Source: the human T2T-CHM13v2.0 reference genome, Homo sapiens. From it: a DNA stretch of 64,000 nucleotides. The position numbers and the translations under genes are program-made. Position 1 is the first letter of the stretch; each line of letters opens with the position of its first letter. This document shows positions 41,547 to 55,129 of this stretch, piece after piece. The notes under the pieces were generated by a model. That model was not told the DNA's origin. It made no database searches and saw only the letters and a program-made list of their open reading frames with translations. The stretch lies in NCBI RefSeq assembly GCF_009914755.1, contig NC_060925.1, one strand, 5' to 3'.

Positions 41547-43692
41547 TTAAAATATTAAATCTAACAAATATCTAGATAGACTGATGGAGAAAAATACAGA
41601 AAATGCACACACAAAAAAATTACCTGGAATGCGAACGTTACAAAACGTCAGCAGTTGTAGATTTTAAATAAGCAATGATTTTTGAGTTCAACCATGATAG
41701 GGTATATTGAAAAGAATCTCTCAGAGAAAAAGAAAAAGAAAACTGTTATAAAGCTATGTACAAAATATTAAGCACTATTAAAGTCTTCGAAATCTACCAG
41801 TTACGGAGTTATTGGTCTTGGACTAACACTCCTTAAAAGGAAAAAACCAAACAAAACAAGACAAAACCTAAAAACCTGGATAAAATGGCCTACCGTGGGC
41901 ACTGGCAATGTATCCAAGCAGGTAGGACCTGGGTGCTACATTCTCTTTGTCAGAACACAAAGCATTCATACACTCTTCTCACTCTCACTTTCACCTTTTA
42001 ATCTTAGATTTACTATTAAATGTATTCAACATTACTATCAATCCTTTGGTCAAAATTTCTTTACTCACATTTTGCTCGATGCACTTGGATAGACTGTTCA
42101 AGGAAGTGTGAGTAGTGAATTCCTCAAACTCTTGCATATTCAAAATCACATTTTTGAACCTCGATGCTTGAAGTGTAGCTTGGGTAACAGATGGGCTTTA
42201 AGCCAATTTTGGCATGCAAGGGTTGAGTTTATTAGGCATCAGCACTGCTGAAAATCGTGGGGATGCAGGCTTAATTTCAACACTATTCTAAATACTTGAA
42301 AGATATTATATAAGTCTTTAATAAACTCCTGTATCTACAAATGGTTCACATTAACTCAATATCCATGATTAAACATCTATAAAATCAAAGCACTTTTATT
42401 TAGTGGAGACTTGCTGGCTATTCTATGAGAGGAGGTATTGTTATTGTAATCTCATCATCTCATAAAATTGTATCATATTACTCATAACCAGCCCTTCATA
42501 TTCTATTCCTATTTTGGTATTTTAAAATAATATATCTTTGAAACTCTTGAATTCAAAGAGGGAATCTGAAAAATTTTTAAAATGTCAATGAAATGCCATT
42601 TCTTCATGCTTCAACAACTAAAAATTGACTAAAGTGCTTCTCTTCAATCTTTCTGGAACATTTTTTATCTAAATTCTAAGAACAATCACAATAGGTTTTA
42701 ACCACAAATGTGAGAATATTCTAAATGTTAGGGTGGAAAAATTTTTTAAATATTTTATAGTAATTTTTTTCATCATAGTGACAGTGTGCTAAATTTTTTT
42801 AAGCCAACTATTACTGTAGACATTTAAGTCAGGATTCTAAGAAGCTGTTCTAAAGTCCAAAATTTAGTTTCATGTACACTGATATTATATATATATTTGC
42901 TTAAAAATTAATACATGTGAGCCGTGTTTCAAATAGTTGAGAGATTATTATATCAAAGATTCTTGATTATATAAAATGCCAATTACTTATAGGCAGACAT
43001 GCTTTAAATAATTACTAAGGCAGTTGTGGTTGATTCTACTCTTGCTACTGGCATTTATAAGGACATACTATTATGGTCTGAAGAATATTTAGGCAAATTT
43101 ATCCCTCATATGATCAGAAGAACAATGCAAGATAGTTTATATCTGAAAGGAAAAAAATCTTTATATGGTTCTGAAAGCTTAAATCATTAACAACTTGGAT
43201 AATAATTAGCATAAAAATACACAAACATGCCCTCTTCCTAGCAGTAAGTACACAGTGACAACAGAATCAAAGCATGTGGCTATGTGCATGTTTATATTTC
43301 AAGACGCAGAGCACTCTATTCCTCCTCTCTGCCCTTTCTAGATGGCACAATCCCTCATGAATCTAAGTGCAGTCATAGGGTGGATTAGGGTGACCTGCCA
43401 TTTGTATGCAACTGATCTCTAGTTTGGAAGTAATTAATGTCAAAATATATTTTTAAAAGATAATTTCAAATTTCAGGGCAAACTAGCATGGTTTCACCCC
43501 TTTTCTTTGGAACATTTTTTCTAAGGTTGGAAAAGTAAGGTAGGCTTTAGTACGATTTTAAATAATAAGTTTCCAAAGTGAGACGCAAAATGGTGGCGCC
43601 AACACATTTCAAATCTGCTACATTTTGAAGACACTTATTGGAGAAAAGACCTTCTCATCATTTTTCTCTTACAGGAAAGGAAATAACATGTA

Positions 43693-44064
43693 CAGTTGAC
43701 TCTTAAGCAACACGGAGGTTGGGGTGCTGGCCCCCCTGCACAGTAGAAAATCCACTATAACTTTGACTCCCCCAAAACTTAACTACTAATAGCCTACTGT
43801 AAGCCTTACAAATAACACAGTCAATTAACACATATTTAATATGCTATATGTCTTATATACTGTATTCTTAACAAACATGCCAGAGAAAAGAAAAAAGAAA
43901 ATCATAAGGAAAATAGATTTACTAGTTATTAAACGGAAGTAGACGATCAAACAGGTCTTCATCCTCATCCTTTTCATGGGCAGGGTGTGGATAAGGATGT
44001 AGAATTGTTGGTTTTGCTAAGTGGATGTGCACAGTTCAAAACCCTGTGGTGCAAAGGCCAACTG
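43693..44064. mobile_element. Tigger2a-like DNA transposon
   Basis: TA|CAGTTGAC...GCCAACTG|TA termini; internal TTTGACTCCCCCAAAACTTAACTACTAATAGCCTACTG. Confidence 0.85.
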
Positions 44065-44157
44065 TATAGCCATTGAATAGCAATTTATTTTTAGAAATTA
44101 ACCTCACTAAAATACTCTTAGAAGGATGCCAAGAAAAAAAGTGAATAAGTATTTTTG

Positions 44158-46802
44158 CTTCATCTATTACATCATTTCATTTCATTATTTCATTTCTTTT
44201 CATCATTTCATTTCCTCATTTCATCCTTTCATTTCATCATTTCATCATTTCATCTCATTTCCTCATTATTTCATTTCATCCTATCATCTCATCATTTCAT
44301 CTCATCATTTCATCTCATTTTATCATTTCATTTCATTATTTCATTTCATCATTTCATCTCAACATTTCTCATCATTTCATCATTTCATCTCATCATTTCA
44401 TTTCATCTCATCATTTCATTTCATCTCATCATTTCATCATTTCATTTCATCTTTTCATCTCATTTCATTTCATCAATTCATCATTTCATCTCATTTCATT
44501 TCACTTCATTTCATTGTTTCATTTCATTTCATCATTTCATTTCATCACTTCATCTCAACATTTCATTTCGTCATTTCACTTTATCTCATTTCATCATTTC
44601 ATCTCATGATTTCATTTCATCTCATTTCATCTCATTTCATTTCATCTCATCATTTCATTTCATCTTTTCATCTCATCATTTCATCATTTCATCTCATTTC
44701 ATTTCATTTATTTCATCATTGCATCATTTGACTTCATGTCATTTCATCATATCATATCATTTCATCATGTCATCTTTTCATTCCATCATTTCATCATTTC
44801 ACTTCATCATTTCATTTCATCATTTCATTTCCTCATTTCATCATTTCATTTCATCCTTTCATCATTTCATCTCATCATTTCATCCTTTCATTTCATTATT
44901 TCATTTCATAATTTCTTCTCATTGTTGCATTTCGTCAATCCATCATTTCATCATTTCACTTCATCTCATCATTTCATCATCTCACGATTTCATTTCATCT
45001 CATCCTTTCATCTCATTTCATCTTTTCATCTCGTCATTTCATTTCATCATTTCATTTCATCTTTTCATCTCATTTCATTTGATCATTTCATCAATTCATC
45101 ATTTCGTCATTTCATTTCATTTCATTATTTCATCATTTAATCATTTAACTTCATTTCATCACTTCATTTCATTTCATCATTTCATATCATTTCTTCATTT
45201 CACCATTTAATCTTTTCATTTCATTTCATCATTTCATCATTTCACTTCATTTCACTTCATCATTTCATTTCATTCCTCATTTCATTTCACCATTTCATTT
45301 CATCATTTCATTTCATCATTCCATTTCATTTCATTACATCATTTCATCATTTCACTTCATCTCATCATTTCATCATTTCATTTCATTCTTTCATTTCATT
45401 TCATTTCATCTCAACATTTCATTTCATTTCATCATTTCACCTCATGATTTCATTTCATCTCATTTCATCTTTTCATCTCATCATTTCATCATTTCATTTC
45501 ATTTCATCTTTTCATCTCATTTCAATTCATCAATTCATCATTTCTTCTCATCATTTCATCTCATTTCATTTCACTTCATTTCATTGTTTCATTTCATTTC
45601 ATCACTTCATCTCAATATTTCATTTCGTCATTTCACTTCATCTCATTTCATCATTTCATCTCATGATTTCGTTTCATCTCATTTCATTTCATCAGTTCAT
45701 TTATTTCATTTCATCATTTGACTTCATGTCATCATTTCATCATTTCATATCATTTCAACATTTCATCTTTTCATTCCATCATTTCATCATTTCATTTCAT
45801 CATTTCATTTCCTCATTGCATCATTTCATTTCATCCTTTCATCATTTCATCTCATCATTTCATCCTTTCATTATTTCATTTCATCATTTCTTCTCATTCT
45901 TGCATTTCGTCATCTCATCATTTCATCATTTCACTTCATCTCATCATTTAATCATCTCATGATTTCATTTCATCTCATCATTTCACCTCATTTCATCTTT
46001 TCATCTTGACATTTCATCATTTCATTTCATTTCATCTTTTCATCTCATTTCATTTGATCATTTCATCAATTCATCATTTCATCATTTCATTTCATTATTT
46101 CATCATTTAATCGTTTCACTTCATTTCATCATTTCATTTCATTTCATCATTTCATATCATTTCTTCATTTCACCATTTGATCTTTTCATTTCATTTCATC
46201 ATTTCATCATTTCACTTCATCATTTTATTTCATCATTCCATTTCATTTCCTCATTTCATTTCACAATTTCATTTCATCATTTCATTTCATCATTCCATTT
46301 CATCATTTCATAACATTTCATCATTTCATCATTTCACTTCATCTCATCATATCATCTTTCATTGCATTATTTCATTTCATCTCATCATTTCATTTCATCA
46401 TTTCACTTCATCTCAACATTTCATCACATCATTTCATTTCATCTCATTTCATTTCACCTTTTCATCTCATCATTTCATTTCATCAATTCATCATTTAATT
46501 TCATTTTTTCATCATTTCATCATTCACTTCATTTCCTCATTTCATTTCATCATTTCATATCATTTCCTCAATTCATCATTTCATCTTTTCATTTCATTTC
46601 ATCATTTCATCATTTCATTGCATTATTTCATTTCATTTCACCATTTCATGTCATCATTTCATCATTTCATTTCATCATTCCATTTCATCATTTCGTTTCA
46701 TCATCATTTCATCTCATTATTTCATTTCTTCATTGCATCATTTCGTTTCATTTCATCATTTCATCATTTCATTTCATCATTTCATCATTTCATTTCATTT
46801 CA
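44158..46802 (+). repeat. (CATTT)n/(CATCATTT)n satellite-like array, 2.6 kb
   Basis: Almost G-free + strand built of CATTT, CAT and CATCT units, with a ~1-kb internal duplication. Confidence 0.95.
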
Positions 46803-47674
46803 GTGATACATGTATTTAATTGCTAATGCGATGCCCAGGAGACACCCTATTTCCCTTTCTAAAACACCTCCTTCAACAAAAGGCAACTTCTCATGGCTGG
46901 CTAAGTCTACAGGGATACCAGCCTCTCTTCAACCACCCAATTTCATTTAGAACCTCAAACAGCACCTCAGTTTCATAAAAACCTAAAACATAAACACAAC
47001 ACTTGGTTGTAAGTGAGCCAACAGTTTCTTGTCTCTTTCTGTGCTCAAGGCTTAAGGCCGTGTCTCCCCAACTACATTCAGTGGAAGAAAAGATCCCATG
47101 GACAAATAAGTTTGAGAATTGTTGTTGCAGGAATTCTCAGAACTTTCAAAACACAAATCCTCATCCGCAGGGATCTTCAGGAGGGAGATAGCTGATGCAG
47201 CACAGCTTTCTTTCACTGGAGTATCTTGCAGAATACAGTATGAGATACAGAAAGGCTGCATTGAGTCTTTTTAATGGCCCGGGCCTTGGTGGGGGTGGGG
47301 TAGGAGCTCTCCAGGTAGCATCTAATGAGTAGGAACATTCAGGTGGCTTTTTATTTCCTTATTGGCAAAACTGTGTGTACACCATGAATGAAGCTGGTCT
47401 CCCTTATCCATGTCAAAACTAAACCCAAATTAATTGGCTAAATTGGGACTCAACACCTCCAGGAGCCACGTGGCAGAAAGCCCCAACACACTTTAAATTA
47501 GCTTACCTCATATTTGAGGAAAGCAAAAGGCTTACGACCAGTATGCTGCTAATACAAGTCTACAGATAATGCTGTATGAAAAACTAGTTTTCCCAATCAT
47601 AGCTGGCATAGTCCACATTTTGCATTACACTTTCCCCCATTCTTTTAAATTTTAAACACAGGTCTTTTTCTCTT

Positions 47675-47818
47675 CTTTTTTTCAATTTTAATTAAATTAT
47701 ACAAGACGGAGTCTCAGTATGTTGCCCAGGCTGGTCTTCAACTCCTGAGCTCATGCGATACAACCGTCTCCGCCTCCCAAAGTGCTGAGATTGCAGGCCT
47801 GAGACACTGTGCCTGGCC
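47675..47818 (-). mobile_element. FLAM/Alu left monomer
   Basis: GAGTCTCAGTATGTTGCCCAGGCTGGTC...CTCCCAAAGTGCTGAGATT...GTGCCTGGCC. Confidence 0.8.
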
Positions 47819-48184
47819 TTAAACACAAATCTTAATTCATTCTTACAATTATTCTGAGGGTACAAAAATGGAAGAGAAAGAAAAATGGCAAGTAGGTAGG
47901 CTGACTTCAGCTTCATTATTTGGAAGGACAGTTTGCTCGGTTAAAACACACTACTGCCTACAAAGGCCAAGACAGCAGAAAAATACAGACTTACATAAAT
48001 AGATTTTATATGTGACAGCAGTTTGAATGGAGACTTTTTCAATGCAATGAGAAACAGCTGTGCTTGGGAATAAATGACAACTAATTTTTTTTATCTCAAC
48101 AGCTGTCCTGAGAGCATTTCTCTACATCTCTACCTGCATTCTGGAATCAGGGAGAAAGCCAAAACGGACGACAAGACACTAGAT

Positions 48185-48384
48185 CAGCCGTGTCCAACCC
48201 TTTGACTACAAGGACTTTTCCACCTATCTGTGGTGGTGGGTAGCATGAAAATTATGCACAAACCTTGTTTTTTTTTTTTTTTTAACCTCATCAGCTGTTG
48301 TTAGCATTAGTGTATTTTATGTGCGGCCCAGGAGCATTCTTCTTCCAATGTGGCCCTGAGAAGCCAAAAGACTGGACACCTGTG
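48185..48384 (-). mobile_element. MER30, paralogous copy
   Basis: Flanked by CACTAGAT at 48177-48184 and 48385-48392. Confidence 0.88.
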
Positions 48385-48502
48385 CACTAGATCAAAAGGC
48401 TACTCCTTCTGGAAGCAATTGTAAAGAATTTCTGACATTATCTCGACATGAAAACCAATGGATAGTGGGACAGAATGCAAAATCTTGAAGAATTTTTCTT
48501 GT

Positions 48503-48769
48503 CTTTTTTTTTTTTTTTTTTGAGTCACGGTCTTGCTCTGTGGCCCAGGCTGGAGTACACTGGTGAGATCAGAGCTCAGTGCAGGATCAAGTGCTCCTCC
48601 CGCCTCAGCCACAGTAGTAGCTGGGACTACAGATGCCCACAACCACCCCTGGCTAATATTTTATTTTTTGTAGAGATGGGGTCTCACTATATTGCCCAGG
48701 TTGGTGTCAAACTCCTTGACTCAAGGGATCCAGGAAAGGATAACAGGTGGGAGCCACCACACCTGGCTA
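48503..48769 (-). mobile_element. Old Alu, paralog of 26352-26626
   Basis: Poly-T head and the same internal deletion. Confidence 0.88.
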
Positions 48770-49597
48770 TGTGCATGAACTTTTAAGACAAACACAATGC
48801 CCCACAAAAGTTAAGGTTTTTCCCACCTAATTTCCAGGGCGATCTTTTGGTGCAAGACTGAGAAGCCTTTAAAAGTACACAGACAACTCCAAAGATTCAA
48901 GACAGTTCATTCGGGCTGAGCCAGACAACTGGGCAGACTGACCTTCAAAAAAGACCCACCCATGACATACACCAGATGGCTCTCCAAGAATCTCTTCAGT
49001 CCTCAGGGTCCCTGACATACTGGACAGAGCTAGGAAAGCAAACCCATTTGCTTCTTCCTGCAGGAAACCCCTTGAGGTTAAGACCCCATAATCACATGAG
49101 GATGGAGTGGCTCACCCTCAGTCAACAGGCCAGACTCAAGGTGGTATAATGTCTTAACCAAGGGTGCGGGCCTCCAGGTCTGACTCCCAACTCAGTTCTT
49201 CTTTAATAATCACACTTTGTTAATTTTCCTTAACAGGGGTTCCTGGCAAGTCATTTCTCCCTCAGGCCTTCGGTTTCCTCACCTACAAGATGAGAGGGCT
49301 GGACCAGATGGAAATTCAGGGGGTAAGGGGATGTCCTCGCGCAGCCCACCCCCACCCCCACGGGACCCTGGAGCCTCCATCCCAGTTCCCACCACGCACC
49401 CGCTCCACAAATCCTGCCCAAGGTGAGGGCTGGTCCCGGGTCCTCTGGCTGCTGCATCAGCGAGTGCAGGAGGGAGGGGAAGCCTCCAAGGGGGTGACGT
49501 GGGCTCAAGGATGCAACTCGGCCAGGAGTGAACTGGGGCCTGGAAGGAGGTGTCCGGGCAGCTCCTGGAGCCCAGCCCGAGTCTCCAAACCCCTTAC

Positions 49598-49828
49598 CTC
49601 CAGGGTCTGTATCTTCTGCTGGGTGAGGTCGTTGGACACAGCGCACTTGGTGCACAGCCTGCACAGGCTGCCAATGAAGATGACGATGAGCTTCTGGAGC
49701 TGCCGGCACTGCTGCAGCGCCCGGCTGGCCGCAGCCCCTGCGCCACCCTCCGTGGCCGCCGCATCACCCCCGCCACCGCCCTCCTTCTTCTCTCCCATCG
49801 CCTCTGCAGGCAGCGCCGCTCTATGCAG
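49598..49828 (-). pseudogene. KSR1: Unprocessed KSR1 exon-1 duplicate (KSR1P-type), copy 2
   Basis: (L)[76 protein letters not shown], then donor GAG|GTAAGG (GT at 49597-49596). Closer to the recalled KSR1 sequence than copy 1. Confidence 0.95.
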
Positions 49829-49979
49829 GCCACAGGGGCCTAGGCAAGGAGGCCGGGGCGCCGGCGCCTAGGCAAGGAATCCCTGAGCCAGGAGAGCTGG
49901 ACCAGGAGTACCCCTCGGCGCTGCCCTTGCCAGGACGCCAGTAGAGCTGGCAGCCGAGTCTGCTGCTCCCGCCCGCAGA

Positions 49980-52742
49980 GCCGCGGCGGCAGGGACAAAA
50001 ATCCTCGGCGGCGGGGCCAAAAAGTCGCAGTGGCAAAAAGCGGCGGCAACCAGGGCAAAAAGTCGCGGCAGCAAAAAGCCGCGGCGGCGGGGACAAAAAG
50101 CCGCTGCGGCGGGGGCAAAAAGCGGCGGCGACAGTGTCAAAAAGTCGCGGCGGCAAAAAGCCGCGGAGGCGGGGGCAAAAAGCCGCGGCTGCGAAAAACT
50201 CGCTGCGGAGGGGGGGCAAAAAGCCGCGACAGCGGGGGGCTAAAAGCCGCGCCGGGTAAAAGGCTGTGGCGGGTAAAAAGTCGCGGCGGCAAAAAGCCGT
50301 GGCGGCAGGGGGGCAAAAAGCCTCGGCGGCGGGTTGGGGCAGAAAGCCGCGGCGGGCAAAAAGCTGAGGCGGGGTGGGGGCAAGAAGCCGCCGCGGCGGT
50401 GGGGCAAAAAGCCGCGGCGGCGGTTGGGTGGCAGAAAGCCGCGGCGGGCAAAAAGTTGCGACGGCGAGGGGGGCACAAAGCCGCGGCGGGCAAAAAGCCG
50501 AGGCCGGGTGGGGGGAATAAGCTGAGGCGGCGGGGCTGGAAAAAGCCGCGGCGGGCAAAAAGCCGAGGCGGGGTGGGAGCAAAAAGTCGCGGCGGCGGGG
50601 TGGGCAGAAAGCCTCGGGGGGCTTAAAGCCGCGGCGGCGAGGGGCGCACAAAGCCGCGGCAGGTAAAAAGCCGAGGCGGGGTGGGGACAAAAAGCCGCGT
50701 CGGCGGTGGGGCAAAAAGCCATGGCGGCGGGGCGAAAAAACCCCAGCGGGCAAAAAGTCGCGGCGGCGGGGGACAAAAAGCCGCTGCAGCAGGGGCTAAA
50801 AAGCTGTGGTGGGGAAAAAGCCGCGGCGGCGGGGGGCAAAAAGCCCTGACGGGCAAAAATCCGAGGGGGGTTGGGAGCAAAAAGCCGCGGCGGGTAAAAA
50901 GCCGCGGGGTCAGGGTGGAAAAAGCCGCGGCGCAGAAAAAGCCGCGGGGTCAGGGTGGAAAAAGCCACAGCGGAGAAAAAGCCGCAGCGGCGGGGGGGCA
51001 AAAAGCCACGGCGGCGGGGGGGCAAAAAGCCACGGCGGCGGGGGGTAAAAAGCCGTGGCGGGCAAAAAGCCGCGGTGGCGGGGGGTAAAAAGCCACGGCG
51101 AGGAAAAAGCCGCGGCTGCGGGGGGGCAAAAAGCGGCGGGGTGCAAAAAGCGGAGGGGCGCAAAAAGCCGCAGCGGCGGGGGGGGGCAAAAAGCGGCAGG
51201 GGGCAAAAGCCGCGGCGGCAAAATTCGCAGCGGCGAGGGGTCAAAAAGCCGCGGCGGGCTAAAAGCCCTGGCGCCGGGGGGGCACAAAGCCTTGGCGGGG
51301 AAAAAACCGAGGCGGGGTGGGGGGAATAAGCCGCGACGGCGGGGCGGGGAAAAGCCTCCGCGGCGCGGGGGCAAAAAGCCGCAGCGGGCAAAAAGCCGAG
51401 GCCGGGTGAGAGCAAAAAGTCGCGGCGGCGGGGTGGGCAGAAAGCCGCGGGGGGCAAAAAGCCGCGGCGGCGAGGAGGGCACAAAGCCGCGGCGGGTAAA
51501 AAGCCGAGGCGGGGTGGGGACAAAAAGCCGCGTCGGCGGTGGGGCAAAAAGCCATGGCGACGGGGGGTAAAAAGCCCCAGCGGGCAAAAAGTCGCGGCGG
51601 CGGGGGACAAAAAGCAGCTGCAGCAGGGGCTAAAAAGCTGTGGTGGGGAAAATGCCGCGGCGGCGGGGGGCAAAAAGCCGCCGCGGCGGGGGGCAAAAAG
51701 CCCTGGCGGGTTGGGGGCAAAAAGCTACGGCGGGCAAAAAGCCGCGGCGTTGGTGGGGGCAAAAAGCCGCGGCGGCTGTGGGGCAAAAAGCCACGGCGGC
51801 GGGGGCTAAAAAGCCGCTGCGGGCAAAAAGTCGCGGCGGCGGGGACAAAAAGGCGCGGCGGGCAAAAAGCCGTGGCGGCGGGGGGGGGCAAAAAGCCGCG
51901 GCGGCGGGGTGGGGGCGGAAAGCCACGGCAGGCAAAAAGCCGCGGCAGCGAGGGGCACAAAGCCGTGGCGGGCAAAAAGCCGAGGCGGGGTGGGGGCTAA
52001 AAGCCACGGCGGCGGGGGGTAAAAAGCCGCGACTGGCAAACAGCCGCGGTGGCGGGGGGGAAAAAAACCACGGCGGCGGGGGGGGGCAGAAAGCCGCAGC
52101 GGGCAAAAAGCGGCGGCAGCGAGGGGGGCACAAAGCCGCGGCGGGCAAAATGCCGAGGCGGGGTGGGGGCAAAAAACCACGGCGACGGGGGGGTAAAAAG
52201 CCGCGGCAGGCAAAAAGTCGCGGCGGCAGGGGACAAAAAGCCGCGGCGGCGGGGGTTAAAAAGTCGCGGTGGGGAAAAAGCCGCGGCTGCGGGGGGCAAA
52301 AAAGCCGCCGCGGCGGGGGGCAAAAAGCTGCGACGGGTAAAAATCCGAGGCGGGGTGGGGTCAAAAAGCCGCGGCGGGTAAAAAGGCAGGGGGGCAGGGT
52401 GGAAAAAGCCATGGCGGTGAAAAAGCCGCGGTGGCGGGGGGGCAAAAAGCGGCGGGGGTCAAAAAGCGGCAGGGGGCAAACAGCCACGGCAGCGGGTGGG
52501 GGACAAAGCCGCGGCGAGCAAAAAAGCCAGGGCGGCAAAATTCGCAGCGGCGAAGGGTCAAAAAGCCGCGGTGGTCAAAAAGCCCTGGCGCTGGGGGTCA
52601 AAAAGCCTTGGTGGGCAAAAAGACAAGGCACGGTGGGGGAAAAATGCCGCGGCGGCGGGGCGGGAAAAAGCTGCGGCGGCAGGGGGGGCAAAAAGCCGCA
52701 GCGGGCGGTGGTGCAAAAAGCCGCGGCGGCGTGGGGCAAAAT
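49980..52742 (-). repeat. GC-rich (GGCAAAAAGCCGCGGCGGCGGG)n minisatellite, about 2.8 kb
   Basis: Same family as 23778-25145 in the opposite orientation, with internal block duplications. Confidence 0.95.
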
Positions 52743-55129
52743 AATGGAGATGGGGTAGAAGGCCGGCACAGCTTGGCATTGCTGGAGTGCGATGTGATAG
52801 GAAATGTGCAGCCAAAGACAAAAAAAGATGTAAGTAGGCTTGACTCATTGAAGCTAAGAACCCAGATGTTATCTTGAGGGTATTAACTAATAAGCAGTTT
52901 AAATCAGAATGGCACATTTGGCAGGCATAGATACTGTTTGAAAAGAGAAAAGTCAGTAGAGAGAGGTAACAAACTTAAATATGTGCCAAGTCTAGAAACA
53001 AGAGACCAGGGGGATAAGGACCTTTCAAAATAAAATGCAAGATTTGAAAACTGATTGGCGGGTGATGAGGAAAAGGCAGGTCTTTAAGGTCCATCCCTGT
53101 TTTGCTTTAAGTTGTTAGGGGGTGGTTTTATCACATGTTGTAGAATATGTCATTTCAGTTTTGAACATCTTGGGTTAAATTGTCCTAACATATCTTATGA
53201 ATTTGATTTTCTTCCCTGGGAAGCTAATATTTCAAACACTTAAAGAGTATATAGATTTCCAACTTGTATCCCGTTTATAAAACTATCTCTAGGCTGCTGA
53301 TTTCAGGAGGAGGCTCATGAATATTCTCTTTGCAGAGAATATACCAGGAGTTAAGAACAGCTTCAATATTTGTGGACGACCAGTTAACTAAGCCACCTCT
53401 TAGTGTCTTTACTTGGGAAATCTTAGCTGAAGGTATTCAATAATGAACCAAGAGTGACTAAAAAGTTCAATATTTAAGTATATTTCATTGTAATTAATTT
53501 GAATTGAAGTAGCCATATACAGCTAGTATTTACTGTATTGAACAATGCAAATAAGAGGAAAAAATTAATAACCATCTCTAATACCACATGCCAAACTCCT
53601 CATCAATTTATTCTAGCTAAAGGAGTTGATCAGAAGCAGCAGTTGAAAGCACCAACTAAACCAGCTGGGGTTAGTTCACTGTCATTCTCTCAGAACCATC
53701 TCTTCTCTGAACAAAACAAGTACAAGAGTTCATTGTGAATCTGCATTCTCCTTGCCTATTTTAAGGTTTTGATGTTGACACAAATTTGTGAAATCCCTCC
53801 TGTGGTGTGATATTTCGTTTTCCTTGCTTTCTGTTAGGACAAGAATGCTTCAGCTCTTAATTTAAAATTATGTTTCTCCCTCCTAGGTTGAGTGAACTTA
53901 GAATGCATTCTCTGACATATCCAAGATTTTGTTAATATGAATTTCGGGAAAAAAGCATACTTAATTAGCTAAGACGTCTTCTTCCAAGCTTGATCCTATG
54001 TTCGACATCTTTTGAATTTCTAGTTGCATGGGCTGCTCTCTGACACTGGTTAGTGACCTGGAAGCTCTATTAATGTTAGGGGAGGTGGTGTATGAGCATT
54101 AGAGGTATCCTTGCAAGGAAAGACTTGTTTTATCTCAATACATCTTTTTTTTGCACACGAGAAAGTCAATGTCTGAGTCTTCTAAAATCTTCCTATTTCC
54201 AAATTGCAGATTATGATTGATTCCTAAACAAAGACCTAATTTTTGACTCAGAGACGTGGCAAGCTAGTGAATCACCGTTATAATTTAACAATCTTCAAGA
54301 TAAAATTATCTCTGATGCTTAGATGTTGCCCAATTATTAAGATATTTGGATGTTTCGTTAAGAATGGAAAACTCTAGTCTCTTGAGCAGAGACTATAAAG
54401 GCCTCAGATGATCATTTTTAATTTTATGCTCTTTTCTTTAACACCTTCAACACAGTTGGAAGCAGCTGATATTCCCCAGAGTTGTGTTTTTTAAACCAAA
54501 TGCATGGTTCAGTGGTAGAAAACTGGGCTGATCCAAGCTGTTTTCAGTAAACACTTCATTTCAGGTGACCTATTTCATATTAAATAATCTCTAGATCCTG
54601 TCTTCGAAACTAACTAGATCAGATAACCTACCCTGGATTTTCTCCTTTTAGGGTCTGTGAGCTGCAGTCACTTTTGTGAAAATGATTGCAATGACAAGAT
54701 AGAGTTGTAGATGGGGAAAATGTTTTGACTAATTTAAGCATAGTGGCATTTCATATGAGAATTTAAGTTACACACATTTGAAAATGATAATGGAGTCTCT
54801 TGGCTGAGCTTTAAAAAAAATAGCGTTTAGGCTAAAAAGGGAAGTGCTACCTCTCCTAAAATCAGAAAGATGTTACAGTAATTCTCCATTCTCTAGAATT
54901 ATCAAGAAGCACCTTTGTGATGATTTACTTTTGCTCTTGGGACTGTGAGCCCGTGTAGTCGTGGAATCATCAATTAGAATGGTGGCTTTCTGATCCCAAA
55001 GTCACTCGTTCTGAAAACAATATTTTTCATAAATTTGAAAGTGAGAAGTTTTGATCTTGCCATTCCCAAGTAACTCTCTTAATAAGAGGCATCGGCATGC
55101 TTCAGTGACAGCTGTCACCTTCAAGTGCT

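Larger units (their letters stand above)
47864..52890 (-). repeat. Duplicated cassette K, right copy (inverted)
   Basis: Reverse complement of 23643-27256 with a satellite about twice as long. Confidence 0.95.

Noticed and set aside
44126-46826. FHFIISS-repeat ORFs up to 351 aa
   Set aside because: Translation of the (CATTT)n array.
46850-47660. Possible additional exon next to the right KSR1 copy
   Set aside because: No recognisable protein similarity or convincing splice-site pair; it may be further KSR1 intron 1, which cannot be confirmed without a search.
49821-52917. Long ORFs (477, 372, 310, 302 aa) resembling histone H1 or protamine-like basic proteins
   Set aside because: Same satellite artefact; the KKPRRR/AKSRGG periodicity simply mirrors the DNA unit.
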